Shown here piece after piece: positions 24,601-35,842 of a stretch of DNA of 46,012 nt (position 1 is its first letter; the number at the start of each line of letters is the position of its first letter). Source of the DNA: Chiloscyllium plagiosum. Lineage: Eukaryota. The notes under the pieces are model-generated. The model searched no databases, was not told where the DNA came from, and saw only the letters and a list, made by a program, of their open reading frames with translations. The stretch is from positions 3,986,538 through 4,032,549 of the forward strand of contig NC_057757.1 of NCBI RefSeq assembly GCF_004010195.1, given 5' to 3'. Position numbers and translations under genes: made by a program.

Positions 24601-24843
24601 ATTAGATTAGATTAGATTAGATTCCCCAACAGTGTGGAAACAGGCCCTTCAGCCCAACAGGTCCACACCGACCCTCCAAAGAGTAACCCACCCAAACCCC
24701 TTTTCCCTCTGACTAATGCACCTAATTGACAATTTAAGCATGGCCAATTCACCTAACCTGCACATCTTTGGACTGTGCGAGGAAACCGAAGCATCCGGAG
24801 GAAACCACACAGACACGGAGAGAATGTGCAACCTCCACACAGA
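24601..24843 (-). mobile_element. HE1-type V-SINE, 5'-truncated
   Basis: Homologous to 27157-27470; (attag)n tail. Confidence 0.85.
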
Positions 24844-24911
24844 TGTGGCCATCGTTTCCTGAGCCAGCATTTATTGCCCATCCATAAATCCCCCAGAGAA
24901 CGTGGTGGTAA

Positions 24912-25110
24912 GCTCTTCCAGCCCCTATACCCTTCCTTATTTCTGTAACATTCTCCAGCCCCTAGAACCCTCCCTATCTCTGTAACCTCCTCCAGCTCCT
25001 ATCCTTCCATATCTGTCCCCTCCTCCAGCTCTACACCTTTCGCTATCTCTGTCACCTCCTCCAGCCCCTACATCCCTCTTTATCTCTGTAACTTCCTGCA
25101 GCTCTGTAAT
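24912..25110 (+). repeat. Pyrimidine-rich minisatellite of about 36 bp units
   Basis: ctcctccagcccctac..cctccctatctctgtaac units. Confidence 0.8.
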
Positions 25111-25439
25111 TATCAATGGTTTCTGTGCTCCACTAGTGTGACCTGACAGACCTCCTACATTTCATCCCCCCCCACCAATGGTGGCCATGTCTTTAGATGT
25201 CTAGGTGCCAATCTCTGGAATTCCCTCTCTAACCCTCGTTCACTCTCACTCTCCATCTATTCGTCCTTGCAACCTCATCCTACCTCATATTGGGGATGGG
25301 AAATCGGGCGGGGGTTTGGGAACTCCACCTTAAAGCACTGTTTGATGTTTTACTACATGCAAGGTGCTACACAAATGCAAACGGTTCGGTTTTGGAGCTG
25401 GGAGTGGCGTGTGTCATGAATGGGATTACAAATAATTAC

Positions 25440-25536
25440 CTGGGTGCTCCATACGCTCCACTGCCATAGCTATCTGTCCCTCTTACCCTGTTTGTTGGAT
25501 TACTATGGCACAGTTTACCCCAGCGACCAGCTGCAA
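25440..25536 (-). CDS. LECT2: LECT2-like gene, exon 2 (VAAGRWGKLCHSNPTNRVRGTDSYGSGAYGAPR)
   Basis: tgtcccacag acceptor, AG|gtaatt donor, 97 nt, phase 1 to 2; aligns with the LECT2 N-terminus (W..IC....SN.IR.CD..GCG.Y.A.R). Confidence 0.93.
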
Positions 25537-25631
25537 CTGTGGGACAGAGAGGACCCCATCAATTTACTGGAACTGACAAAATATCTAAGATCGAAAACAC
25601 AATATAAAGCAATTGCTTTTAATTCTTTGTC

Positions 25632-27680
25632 ACAGAGTCATAGAGATGTACAGCATGGAAACAGACCCTTCAGTCCAAATCCTCCATGATATCCTAACGT
25701 AATCTAGTCTCATTTGCCAGCACTTGGCCCACATCCCTCCAAACCTTTCCAATTCATATATCCATCCAGATGCCTTTTAAATACTGAAATTGTACCAGCC
25801 TCCACCATTCCATGCAAACACCACCCTCTGCGTGAAAAAGTTGCCCCTGAGGTCCCTTTTATATCTTTCCCCTCTCACCCTAAACTTATACCCTCTAGTT
25901 CTGAACTCCCCCACCCCAGGGAAAAGACCCTGTCTATTTACCCTATTCATGCCCCTCATGATTTTATAAATCTCCATAAGGTCACCCCTCAGCCTCTGAC
26001 GCTCCAGGGAAAATTGCCCTAGTGTCTCCCTAAAGTTCAAACCCTCCAACCCCAGGAACAGCTTTGTAAATGTTTTCTGCACCCACTCAGGTCTCACAAT
26101 GTCTTCTCTCCAGCAGAGAGACCAGAAATGAATACAATATTCCAAAAGTGGCCAAACCAATGTCCTTTACAGCTGCAACATGACCTCCCAACTCCTATAC
26201 TCAATGCACTGAGCAATAAAGGCAAGTGTACCAAATGCCCTCTTCATTAACCTGTCTACCTGAGACTTCGCTTTCAAGGAACTATGAATGTGCACCCCAA
26301 GGTCTCTTTGTTCAGCAACAGTCCCTAGCACCTGCCTTTTAAGTGTATAAGTCCTGCCCTGATTTGCCTTTCCAAAATGCAGCACCTCACATTTATCTAA
26401 ATTAAACTCCATCTGCCATTCCTCAGCCTTTTGGCCCATCTGATCAAGGTCCTGTTGTACTCTGAGCTAACCCACTTCACCATCCACTGCACCTCCAATT
26501 TTGGTGTCATCTGCAAACTTACTAACCATTCCTCCCACACTTGTATCTAAATCGTTTATATAAATAATCAAAAGTAGTGGATCCAGCACCAATCCTTGTG
26601 GCACTCCACTGGTCACAGGCCTCCAGTCTGAAAAACAACCCTCCACCACCACCCTCTCGCTCCTACTGTAAAGTCAATTTTGTATCCAAATGGCTAGTTC
26701 TGCCTGAAGATCTAATCTTGCTAATCTTATTGAAGGCCTTACTGATACCCATATCGACAACGTCCACCTATCTGCCTTCATTGATCTTTGCCATTTTTTT
26801 CAAAATACTCAGTCAAGTTAGTGAGACATGATTCACCACGCACAAAGCCATGTCGACTATCCTTAATCAGTCCTTGCCTTTCCAAATACATGCAGATCCT
26901 GTCTCTCAGAATCCCCTCTGAAGCTCACCTACCACTGACGTCAGACTCTGACGGCCTATGATTCTCTGGCTTTTGCTTACCATCACCTTTCTTAAATAAT
27001 GGCACCACATTAGCCACCCTCCAGTTGTCCAGCATCTCACCCCTGGCAAATATCTCAGCAAGAGGCCCAGCAATCGCTTGCCTTGCACCCTACAATGCTC
27101 TGAGATACACATGATCAGGTCCTGGGGTTTATCCACTTTTATGTGTTTTATGTGTTGGGGTGGCACGGTGGCACAGTGGTTAGCACTGCTGCCTCACAGC
27201 GCCACAGACCTGGGTTCAATTCCTGACTCAGGCGACTGACTGTGTGGAGTTTGCACATTCTCCCCGTGTCTGCGTGGGTTTCCTCCAGGTGCTCCGGTTT
27301 CCTCCCACAGTCTAAGGATGTGCAGGTTAGGTGAATTGGCCACGCTAAATTGCCTGTAGTGTTAGGTAAAGGGGTAAATGTAGGGGAATGGGTGGGTTGT
27401 GCTTCAGCGGGTCGGTGTGGACTTGTTGGGCCGAAGGGCCTGTTTCCACACTGAAACTAATCTAATCTAACCACGTCCACCTCCTCTTCTGTAATATGGA
27501 CACTTTTCAACATATCACTGTATTTCCCCAAGTTCTCTCACTTCCATATCCTTCTCCACAGTAAATGCTGACACAAAATGCCTGTTTAGTATCTCACCCA
27601 TCTGCTGCAGTTCCACACATTGTTGGCCTTGTAGATCTTGAAGAAGCTCTATTCTCTCCCTAGTTACCCTTTTGCCTTTA
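25632..27680 (-). mobile_element. CR1 LINE (RT region) interrupted by a V-SINE
   Basis: [38 protein letters not shown] motifs. Confidence 0.92.
27157..27470 (+). mobile_element. Full-length HE1-type V-SINE
   Basis: tRNA-like head with A/B boxes (tggcacagtggtt, gggttcaattcc), V-domain tgtgtggagtttgcacattctccccgtg, (ctaat)n tail. Confidence 0.9.
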
Positions 27681-27684
27681 ATGT

Positions 27685-28475
27685 GCTCGTGCTGGGAGTG
27701 CAGGAGTGAGGGTGGATGTAGAGGCGAATGCAAGTGTGTCAGGTGAGAACAGGAGAGTGGGCCCAGACAGAGTGGGACATTATAGAGTGTGTGGAGTGAG
27801 GGGGAGAGTTGGGCAAGACTGGGTGGGATATGAAAGGGTGTGGGAATGAGAGTAAAATTGGGATTAGACGAGGTAGGATATTAAAGACTGTGGGGAGTGA
27901 GGNNNNNNNNNNNNNNNNNNNNNNNNNNNNNNNNNNNNNNNNNNNNNNNNNNNNNNNNNNNNNNNNNNNNNNNNNNNNNNNNNNNNNNNNNNNNNNNNNN
28001 NNNNNNNNNNNNNNNNNNNNNNNNNNNNNNNNNNNNNNNNNNNNNNNNNNNNNNNNNNNNNNNNNNNNNNNNNNNNNNNNNNNNNNNNNNNNNNNNNNNN
28101 NNNNNNNNNNNNNNNNNNNNNNNNNNNNNNNNNNNNNNNNNNNNNNNNNNNNNNNNNNNNNNNNNNNNNNNNNNNNNNNNNNNNNNNNNNNNNNNNNNNN
28201 NNNNNNNNNNNNNNNNNNNNNNNNCAAAGTGTGCGGGAGTGAGGGGGAGAGTGGGATTAGACTGGGTGGGATATCAAAGTGTGCGGGAGTGAGGGAGAGG
28301 GTGGGATTAGACTGGGTGGGATATCAAAGCAAGTGTGATTAGACTGGGTGGGATATCAAAGTGTGCAGGAGTGAGGGGGAGAGTGGTATTAGACTGGGTG
28401 GAACGCTACAAAGTGCAAGGAGAGTGGGAGCATAGTCATTGGGATATTAAAAGGTGCAAAATGTGAGGGGAGAGT
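27685..28475 (+). repeat. G-rich minisatellite of about 50 bp units spanning an assembly gap (N 27903-28224)
   Basis: gtgtgcgggagtgagggggagagtgggattagactgggtgggatatcaaa units. Confidence 0.85.
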
Positions 28476-28796
28476 AAATCGCTTGATGTTTGTACTTTAC
28501 ATCCTAGAACGAGACTGAAGCTCGGGACACTGTGATTCAGCAATAACACCACTGAGCTTCTGGAACAATCCACGGACAGTCCTGAGAGAAAAAGGCTGAA
28601 ATAGCTCAGGGACAAACAGTGTTAAAAAAAAACACCCTGAGCAGAAAATGGAAGCCCCCATTTTCAATTCCTGTAAGTTTGATCATTTCAAACATTGGAC
28701 TGTCCCTACAAACATTTTGAAAAATAGAATCACTCTATAATTGCAAAACATTTCTACTACGTGCCTTATTGCTAGAAACAACATGAAATGACTCAC

Positions 28797-28836
28797 CCTG
28801 AGAGAAGAGAAATAGAAGGATAAGTCCCTTCAGCAT
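28797..28836 (-). CDS. LECT2: LECT2-like gene, coding exon 1 (signal peptide MLKGLILLFLFSQ)
   Basis: ATG at 28836, hydrophobic 13-aa leader, consensus phase-1 donor CAGG|GTGAGT; joins exon 2 in frame to give MLKGLILLFLFSQVAA-GRWGKLC. Confidence 0.85.
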
Positions 28837-28953
28837 GATACAATCAGAATACCTGGGGAGGAAGGTTCAATCGTTATTTCATCAGACTTGTGCACTAATT
28901 GTCAACTTCAATATTCATTAATATTCAGCACAGCTCAATCACGTTTGCTTTAG

Positions 28954-29100
28954 NNNNNNNNNNNNNNNNNNNNNNNNNNNNNNNNNNNNNNNNNNNNNNN
29001 NNNNNNNNNNNNNNNNNNNNNNNNNNNNNNNNNNNNNNNNNNNNNNNNNNNNNNNNNNNNNNNNNNNNNNNNNNNNNNNNNNNNNNNNNNNNNNNNNNNN
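28954..29100. other. Assembly gap immediately upstream of LECT2 exon 1
   Basis: N run. Confidence 1.
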
Positions 29101-30005
29101 CACAGATGTCTTGTTGCAGTTGTACAGGACCCTGATGAGACCACACCTGAAGTATTGTGCGTGGTTTTGGTCTCCTTATCTAAGGAAGGATGTTCTGAGT
29201 ACGGAGAAGGTTGGCTCAGTGGTCAGCACTGCTACTTCATATCGTCAATGACCCGGGTTCGATTCCAACCTCAGGTGACTGTCTGTGTGGAGGTGGGTCA
29301 TTGTCTGCGTGGGTTTCCTGCAGGTGCTCTGGTTTTCTCCCACAATCCAAAGATGTGCAGGGTAGGTGAATTGGCCACACTAAATTGCCCCATAGTTTTG
29401 AAGAGTGTGTAGATTAGGTGCATTAGTCATGGGGAATGATAGAGTCATAAGGTAGGGGAATGAGTCTGGGTGGGATACTCTTTGGAATGTTGGTGTGGAC
29501 TTGTTGGGTTGAATGGCCTGTTTCCACACCGTAGAGATTCTATGCTTCTGTGGAGTGCAGCATTGGATTACCCAACTGAATCGTGGGATGGCAGGACTGA
29601 CTCATAAAGAGAGATTGGATCAGTTAGGATTATATTCACTCATCTTTAGAAGAATGAGGGAGGGGGAATCTTATAGAAACTGATGAATTTCCAAATGCAT
29701 AAACACAGGAGTTATATACCTGATGACCAGGTACAAAGTGTCACAGTCCAAAGATACGTGATAAACAATTTCGGACTGAGATGAGGAGAAATGTCTTCAG
29801 CCAGAGAGTGGGAGTCTGTGGAATTCTGTGCCACAGAAAAAGCAGCTGAGGCCACAACATTTGAATGTTTCAAGAAGGAGTGAAATATAGTTTCTGGGGC
29901 TAAAGGGGATCAAAGGGTGAGAGGGCCTGAATGACGGAGGATCGAGTTGGATTGTCGGCCGTGATCATATCAATGGAGGAATAGCCTCCTCCAACTCCTA
30001 TTTTC
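29101..30005 (+). mobile_element. CR1 LINE 3' portion interrupted by a V-SINE
   Basis: LMRPHLKYC..FWSPYLRKD and RNVFSQRV motifs. Confidence 0.8.
29210..29545 (+). mobile_element. HE1-type V-SINE
   Basis: Homologous to 27157-27470. Confidence 0.8.
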
Positions 30006-30849
30006 CATTTTTTGGGTTTTCCGAGAGGGGTTAAAGTGGACAGTAGCACAATCCCAAACTGCCCTTGCACAGTCACAAGGAGTTGTCAAATCAGAGGCAG
30101 ACCCTTCGGCCCATCCTGACCATACTGGCTCCCTGTGAAAGAGTTGGTCTCTCTTCAACTTCCTCTCATTCGAATGGATCTCCAAGTTCCCTTTGTAAAG
30201 CTGCTATTTCATTTGTTCCTTTCGGGTAGCACTTTCCAGATCGGAAATTGGCATCTGATCTTATCTCCAGCCCTTTAGCCAATAATCATTCGGGTCCCCT
30301 TCCCCCTGTTGCTGTCAATGTTGCTGTCACAGGTAAAAATGACCCTCAGAGTTCAAATGCCTCATCTGCCGTCCCCCCTTCCCCCTTCGTCCTATCAATC
30401 GTTTGACAAGGATGGGTTATCTTTATGGGTTAGTTCAGTAAAGACAGGAAAGCACTTTGTAAGTTAGCAAGCAGACATGACGACAAAGCGATCGATCTCT
30501 GTGTGTGCACCGCTTCGAGGCTCGCAGGAGGCTGAGGGCCAGGCAGAGTCGCAACATTGTGTACGCACAGCACACGGAGTCTTTCAGGATGGTCTCTCTT
30601 GAAGATAAAGGATCCTCTGTCCCCTCTACACAGAGGAGACGATTCCCTCTCACTGCAGCACCACCAGTCAATGCACTGAGTTGGAGAAGTCACTGGACAT
30701 GGTAAATAGAGAGATCAAAGAGGAGGAGGAGAACAGAATTAATACCTGTCTCTGCCAACACCGTGGTAATTCAGAGTCTTCCACGTTCTCCGTCCTTTGT
30801 CTGAAAGCTTTTCAGGTGTTCCTCACGTTTATAACATTGACTGGAGTTG

Positions 30850-32100
30850 ACTGACAGTTCATGGTCACGCGGCAAGGGGAAATGTTGGTTATGAACAGGG
30901 GCTCTGGGGTTGTTTAAGGACATCTGATTACTGATATCTTCCATCGCTGACATTGCATTACCCAGTGAACCACTAACTGAGGCCACTAGCGAGCAAGTCA
31001 TTAACCAACGGGGCTACAATATTGACCTCTTCCCCTTTGTTGACTTCCCCTTCAATGAGTAATCCCTGGGCCTTGATTATTGATTGAGCACAAGGGCTCT
31101 CTATCTGAAGCAGAGTGGCTTGGTTAGGAGTTAAAAAAAAACATAATGCCACTTTAGCCCAAGTGCGGGTGGTCAGGTCCAGACCATCCCAGAGACTGGG
31201 TCCCTTCTTCAAGAGCAGGCTGGGTCAGTTCCTGACCTGGCTGACTGCAGGGTGACAGGATAGGGTGGTTACAGAGGCCATTCAGCCCACTGAGCCTTCC
31301 CACTGTCAATGTGGAGCAACCAATGTTTAGCAGACAGCAAACATTCCACAGCCCGAGTCTCATTGCTCCCCATTCAGAACCCATCACCTCAGTCTCCAAC
31401 ATGGTCTACACATTGTGGGAACAGGCCATTCAGTCCATTTGGTGCCTGCTGGAATTGAGGTGAAGGCAGATGGTCCCACACACTCTCCTCAGAGGGAGGC
31501 CCATTGCGTGATGGAAAGAGCAGGAATCCTTCGCAATTCCTTGGACAACGACTCTCCCTCGGTGGAGATGAGGGGAGGGGGTTGTGAGGAGGTGGGTAAT
31601 ACAGATGGGAAGGGAGCAGCAGATGAAGGGACTCAGTGTTTTGGCGTGAGAGATTGAGAGATCGGGTGCGGTGAGCAATAAAAGGCCTGGTACGTGGGTG
31701 AAGCCTCAGGCTAGTTGTCAGGATTCTGCCGCCTTTGGCAGCTCTCAGCCTTGGCTGCAGGCCAGAGGGTAACTGTCTGTCTCTCCAAGCCCATCACAGC
31801 AGTTTCTTCACCCATGGGCCGGACAGTCATAAAGAGAGGCTGTGTGGGCAATGAGATGGGAACAAGTCAAGGGTCAGATCATATCTTTTGCTGATATGTG
31901 CAATTTGCTGATCAAAGGCCAATTCAACAGTGAATTGAAGGGAACAGGATCCCTGGACAGAACCCAATGAGATACAGCAGACAGCATAAGGTTAGAAACA
32001 GAATAAAGCTCCCTCTACACTGTCCCCATCAAACACTCCCAGGACAGGGACAGCACGGGGTTAGATACAGAGTAAAGCTCCTTCAACATTATCCTCATCA
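30850..32100 (+). repeat. Segmental duplicate, copy B
   Basis: Collinear with 16750-18010. Confidence 0.9.
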
Positions 32101-32677
32101 AACACTCCCAGGACAGGAGCAGCACAGGGTTAGGTGTGGAGTAAAACTGTTTCTACACTGTCCCCATCAAACACTTCCAGGACAGGGACAACACGGGGGT
32201 TAGATACAGAGTAAAGCTTCCTCTACACTGTCCCCCATCAAGCACTCCCAGGACAGGTAGTCCAAGGGGTTAGATACAGAGCAAAGATGTCTCTACACTG
32301 TCCCCCATCAAATGCTCCCAGGACAAGGACTGTAAGGTATTAGAGACAGAATAAATCTCGCTTTACACTGTCCCCGATCAAATACTCCCTGGACAGGTAC
32401 AGCACAGGGTTAGATATAGAGTTAAGCTCCCTTTACACCATCCCCCATCAAATACTTCCAGGACAGGGACTGTATGGTGTCAGATCCAGAGTGAAGTGCC
32501 TTCTACACAGTCAGGAGGAATGCCTGTCAGAAGCAGCATGTTTGACAATCTCGCTTTACACTGTCCCCGATCAAATACTCCCTGGACAGGTACAGCACAG
32601 GGTTAGATATAGAGTTAAGCTCCCTTTACACCATCCCCCATCAAATATTTCCAGGACAGGGACTGTATGGTGTCAGA

Positions 32678-32889
32678 GTTGAAACTTTATTGCTGGAACA
32701 GCACAGCAGGTCAGGCAGCATCCAGGGAACAGGAGATTCGACGTTTCGGGCACAGGCCCTTCTTCAGGAAGAAGGGCCTGTGCCCGAAACGTCGAATCTC
32801 CTGTTCCCTGGATGCTGCCTTACCTGCTGTGCTGTTCCAGCAATAAAGTTTCAACTTTGATCTCCAGCATCTACAGACCTCACTTTCTC
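32678..32889. mobile_element. Penelope-derived palindromic mini-element, family A
   Basis: Inverted arms; 15-bp TSD ctgtatggtgtcaga at 32663-32677 and 32890-32904; empty site preserved near 32470. Confidence 0.85.
32737..32770 (-). ncRNA. Hammerhead ribozyme motif, family A
   Basis: UUC-CUGAAGA-A-GGGC(CUGU)GCCC-GAAA-CG-UC-GAA on the minus strand. Confidence 0.65.
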
Positions 32890-33242
32890 CTGTATGGTGT
32901 CAGATCCAGAGTGAAGTGCCTTCTACACAGTCAGGAAGAATGCCTGTCAGAAGCAGCATGTTTGACTGTGTTCTGATGCCACCCTCAGTTTGTTTTCAAC
33001 TGGTGTTTGTGTTGGAAACTCTGTGCATCACTCCTGAAGATCTGCCTCAGCCCACATCATGAAAAATACAGAGTAACTCTTTCTCTTGTCCCTGTAGCAG
33101 AACTGGTGACCAGAGGGATGCAGAGTAAAGGGAACTACTGAAGTATCCAAAGGCGATGGGTCACTTTTACTTCATAAGAACTAGGAGTAGGAGTAGGCCA
33201 CGTGTCCTCTTAGAGCCTGCTCTGCCATTCAATAAGATCATG

Positions 33243-33517
33243 ATTAGATTCCTACAGTGTGGAAACAGGCCTTTGGGCCCAACCAGTCCACACCAACCCT
33301 CTGAAGAGTAACCCACCTCCCTCTGACTAATACACCTATCATGATGGGCAATATGGCATGGCCAATTCACCTGGCCTGCACATCTTTGGATCTCTGGGAG
33401 GAAACCCACGCAGACACTTAGAGAATGTGCAAACTCCACACAGACAGTCACCCGAGGCTGGAATCGAACCTGGGACCCTGAGGCAGCAGTGCTAACCATT
33501 GAGCCACTGTGCCACCC
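33243..33517 (-). mobile_element. HE1-type V-SINE
   Basis: Homologous to 27157-27470. Confidence 0.85.
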
Positions 33518-34053
33518 CAGCTCATGGCTGATTCTTTTCATGGCCCCAGCTCCACTTACCCGCCCTCTCACTGTAACCCTTAATTCCTTTACTGTTCAAA
33601 GAAAATCTATCTTACCTTCAAAGATGTTTACTGAAGAAGCATCGACTACTTCACTGGGCAGGGAAATCCATAGATTAACAACCCTTGGGTGAAGAAGCTC
33701 CTTCCTAATTCAGTCCTAAATCTGCCCCCTCTAATCTTGAGGCTATGCCCTCTTTTCCTGGTTTCATCTGCCAGTGGAAGCATTCTGTCTCCTTCCATCT
33801 TATCTATTCCCTTCATAATTTTATATGTTTCTCTAAGAACCCCCTCATTCTTCTGAATTCCAATGAGTATAATCCTAGTCTATTCAGAGTCTCCTCCTAA
33901 ACCAACCCCCTTAACTCTGGAATCAACCTAGTGAACCTCCTCTGCACGCCCTACAGTACCAGTACATCCTCCCTCAAGTATGGAGACCCGAATTGTACAC
34001 TCCAGGTGTGACCTCACCAGCATCCTGTACAGCTGCAACATAACCTCCCTGCT

Positions 34054-34507
34054 AGTGAGTTTTGACGAGATTTGTAGCTCAGGTTGAACTGCTGGATGTA
34101 GGTTTGCTCGCTGAGCTGGAAGATTCATTTTCAGACATTTCGTCACCATACTAGGTCACATCTTCAGTGAGCCTCCTGATGAAGCACTGCTGATGTTTCC
34201 TGCTTTCTATTTATACTTCGACTGGGACAACACATCCATTCTAGGACAAGCCAAATAGAATTCCTAGAAGCATAACATTCCAATCGGAACTCTATCAACA
34301 AATACATTGACTTGGAGCCCATTTACCACCCCCCTGAGAAAAGGAACAGGAAATGACAGCACCAACACAAAGAAACCCAAACATATAAATAGAAAGCAGG
34401 AAACATCAGCAGTGTTTCATCCGGAGGCTCACTGAAGATGTTACCTGGTATGGTGATGAAACATCTGAAAATGAACCTCACAGCTCAGCGAGCAAACCTA
34501 CATCCAA
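34054..34507 (+). mobile_element. Penelope-like family D element: GIY-YIG endonuclease C-terminal remnant flanked by inverted terminal repeats, inserted in CR1
   Basis: FDWDNTSILGQAK..EFLEA*HSNRNSINKYIDLEPIYHP remnant; inverted arms; TSD aacctccctgct at 34042-34053 and 34508-34519. Confidence 0.8.
34429..34468 (+). ncRNA. Hammerhead ribozyme motif, family D (CpG-decayed); mirror copy at 34131-34170 on minus strand
   Basis: UCA-CUGAAGA-U-GUUACC(UGGUAU)GGUGAU-GAAA-CA-UC-UGA. Confidence 0.6.
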
Positions 34508-35542
34508 AACCTCCCTGCTTTTAAATTCAATCCCTTTAGCAATGAAGGACAATAGTTCCCTGGAGAGGTGTGGTAACCTGCTACACCTTCCCACAAAATC
34601 AGATTCAATGGGAATTATCCAAAGAGGATTCATACCGATTTTCTGGAGGGGACTATCTGCATGGATACAAGATGAAGAGGCAGCTTTTGGAGTGAGGATG
34701 CTTTGGGGAAATCTCTTTTGCAGGATCAAGCAGGAATGGGATGGCACGAATGGCCTCTGTCAAGGGCAAAATCCCCTGATGAATGACCTACAGCCCGGGT
34801 ACGGGAGTCGAGGGTAGCTAACCGATGGGGCTCTCCAGTCTTTTGTTAACTCTTCTCTTTAATTATTAATCCCAATGGATCAATCAGCTCTTGTGCCAAC
34901 AATGTCGAGGATCAGAGAGTGAGGGAGCATTCGCTTCTGATGTTATAGGTTTGTGAGCACAAGAATGAAGAGATCTTGCTACTAGCACCCACTCCCTCCA
35001 ACACCAATGCTCAGTCGCAGCATTATGCACCATGCACTGCAGAAAATCACCAAAGATCCTCAGACAGCTCCTTCAAACCCATGACCTCTTCCGTCTAGAA
35101 GGACAAGGGGCAGCAGATATGTGGGAACACCACCAAATGCAAGTGCCCCACCGAGCCACTTGCCAAATCCCAACTTGGAACTTTATCACCATTCCTTCAG
35201 TGTCGCTGGGTCAAAATCCTGGAATTCCCTCCTTAACGACGCTGTGTGTGGGTGTCCCAAACCATATGTGACTGCAGTGGTTCAAGAAGGTAGCTCATCC
35301 CCAGTTTCTCAAGGGGCAACTATGGACGGGCAATAAATGCTGGCCAGCGATAAGCAAATGCAAAAAAAAAATTGTTTCGATCAGTTTCGGAACATTGCGT
35401 GCATTTTCCGACCCTGCATCAAAGGAATGATATATTGCATTGGAGTTAGTACAGAGATTTGATCTCTGGGAAGAAGGGGTGTCTGATATGATGAGGGACT
35501 AAGTAAATTGGGCTATTATTCTCAGAGGTTTGGAAGCTGAAA

Positions 35543-35842
35543 GGTGGCATGTTGGCTCAGTGGTTAGCACTGCAACCCCACAGCGCCAGGGACCTGGTTT
35601 CAATTCCACCCTTGGGTGACTGTCTGTGTGGAGTTGCGCATACTCCCAGAGTCTGCGTGAGAGACACATAGGTTAGGGTGCATTGTCTGTGGGAAGTTAC
35701 CCATTCTGTCCAAGGATATGCAGACTATGTGGGCTAGCCATGGGAAACACAGGGAGGGGGTAGGTCTGGGTGGGATGTTCTTCAGAGGGTCAGTGTGGAC
35801 TCAATGGGCCGAATGGCCTGCTTCCACACTGTAGGGATTCTG
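35543..35842 (+). mobile_element. HE1-type V-SINE
   Basis: Homologous to 27157-27470. Confidence 0.8.

Larger units (their letters stand above)
33170..34555 (-). mobile_element. CR1 LINE 3' portion with nested V-SINE and Penelope insertions
   Basis: SREVMLQLYRMLVRSHLEC motif and CR1 tail. Confidence 0.85.

Noticed and set aside
27157-27230. tRNA gene
   Set aside because: tRNA-derived head of a V-SINE that continues directly into the SINE body
27739-29146. ORFs containing X runs
   Set aside because: Artefacts of N gaps
30435-30557. Small secreted Cys-rich peptide MLRLCLALSLLRASKRCTHRDRSLCRHVCLLTYKVLSCLY on the minus strand
   Set aside because: Short hydrophobic core, no recognisable family pattern and no supporting gene structure; compatible with chance
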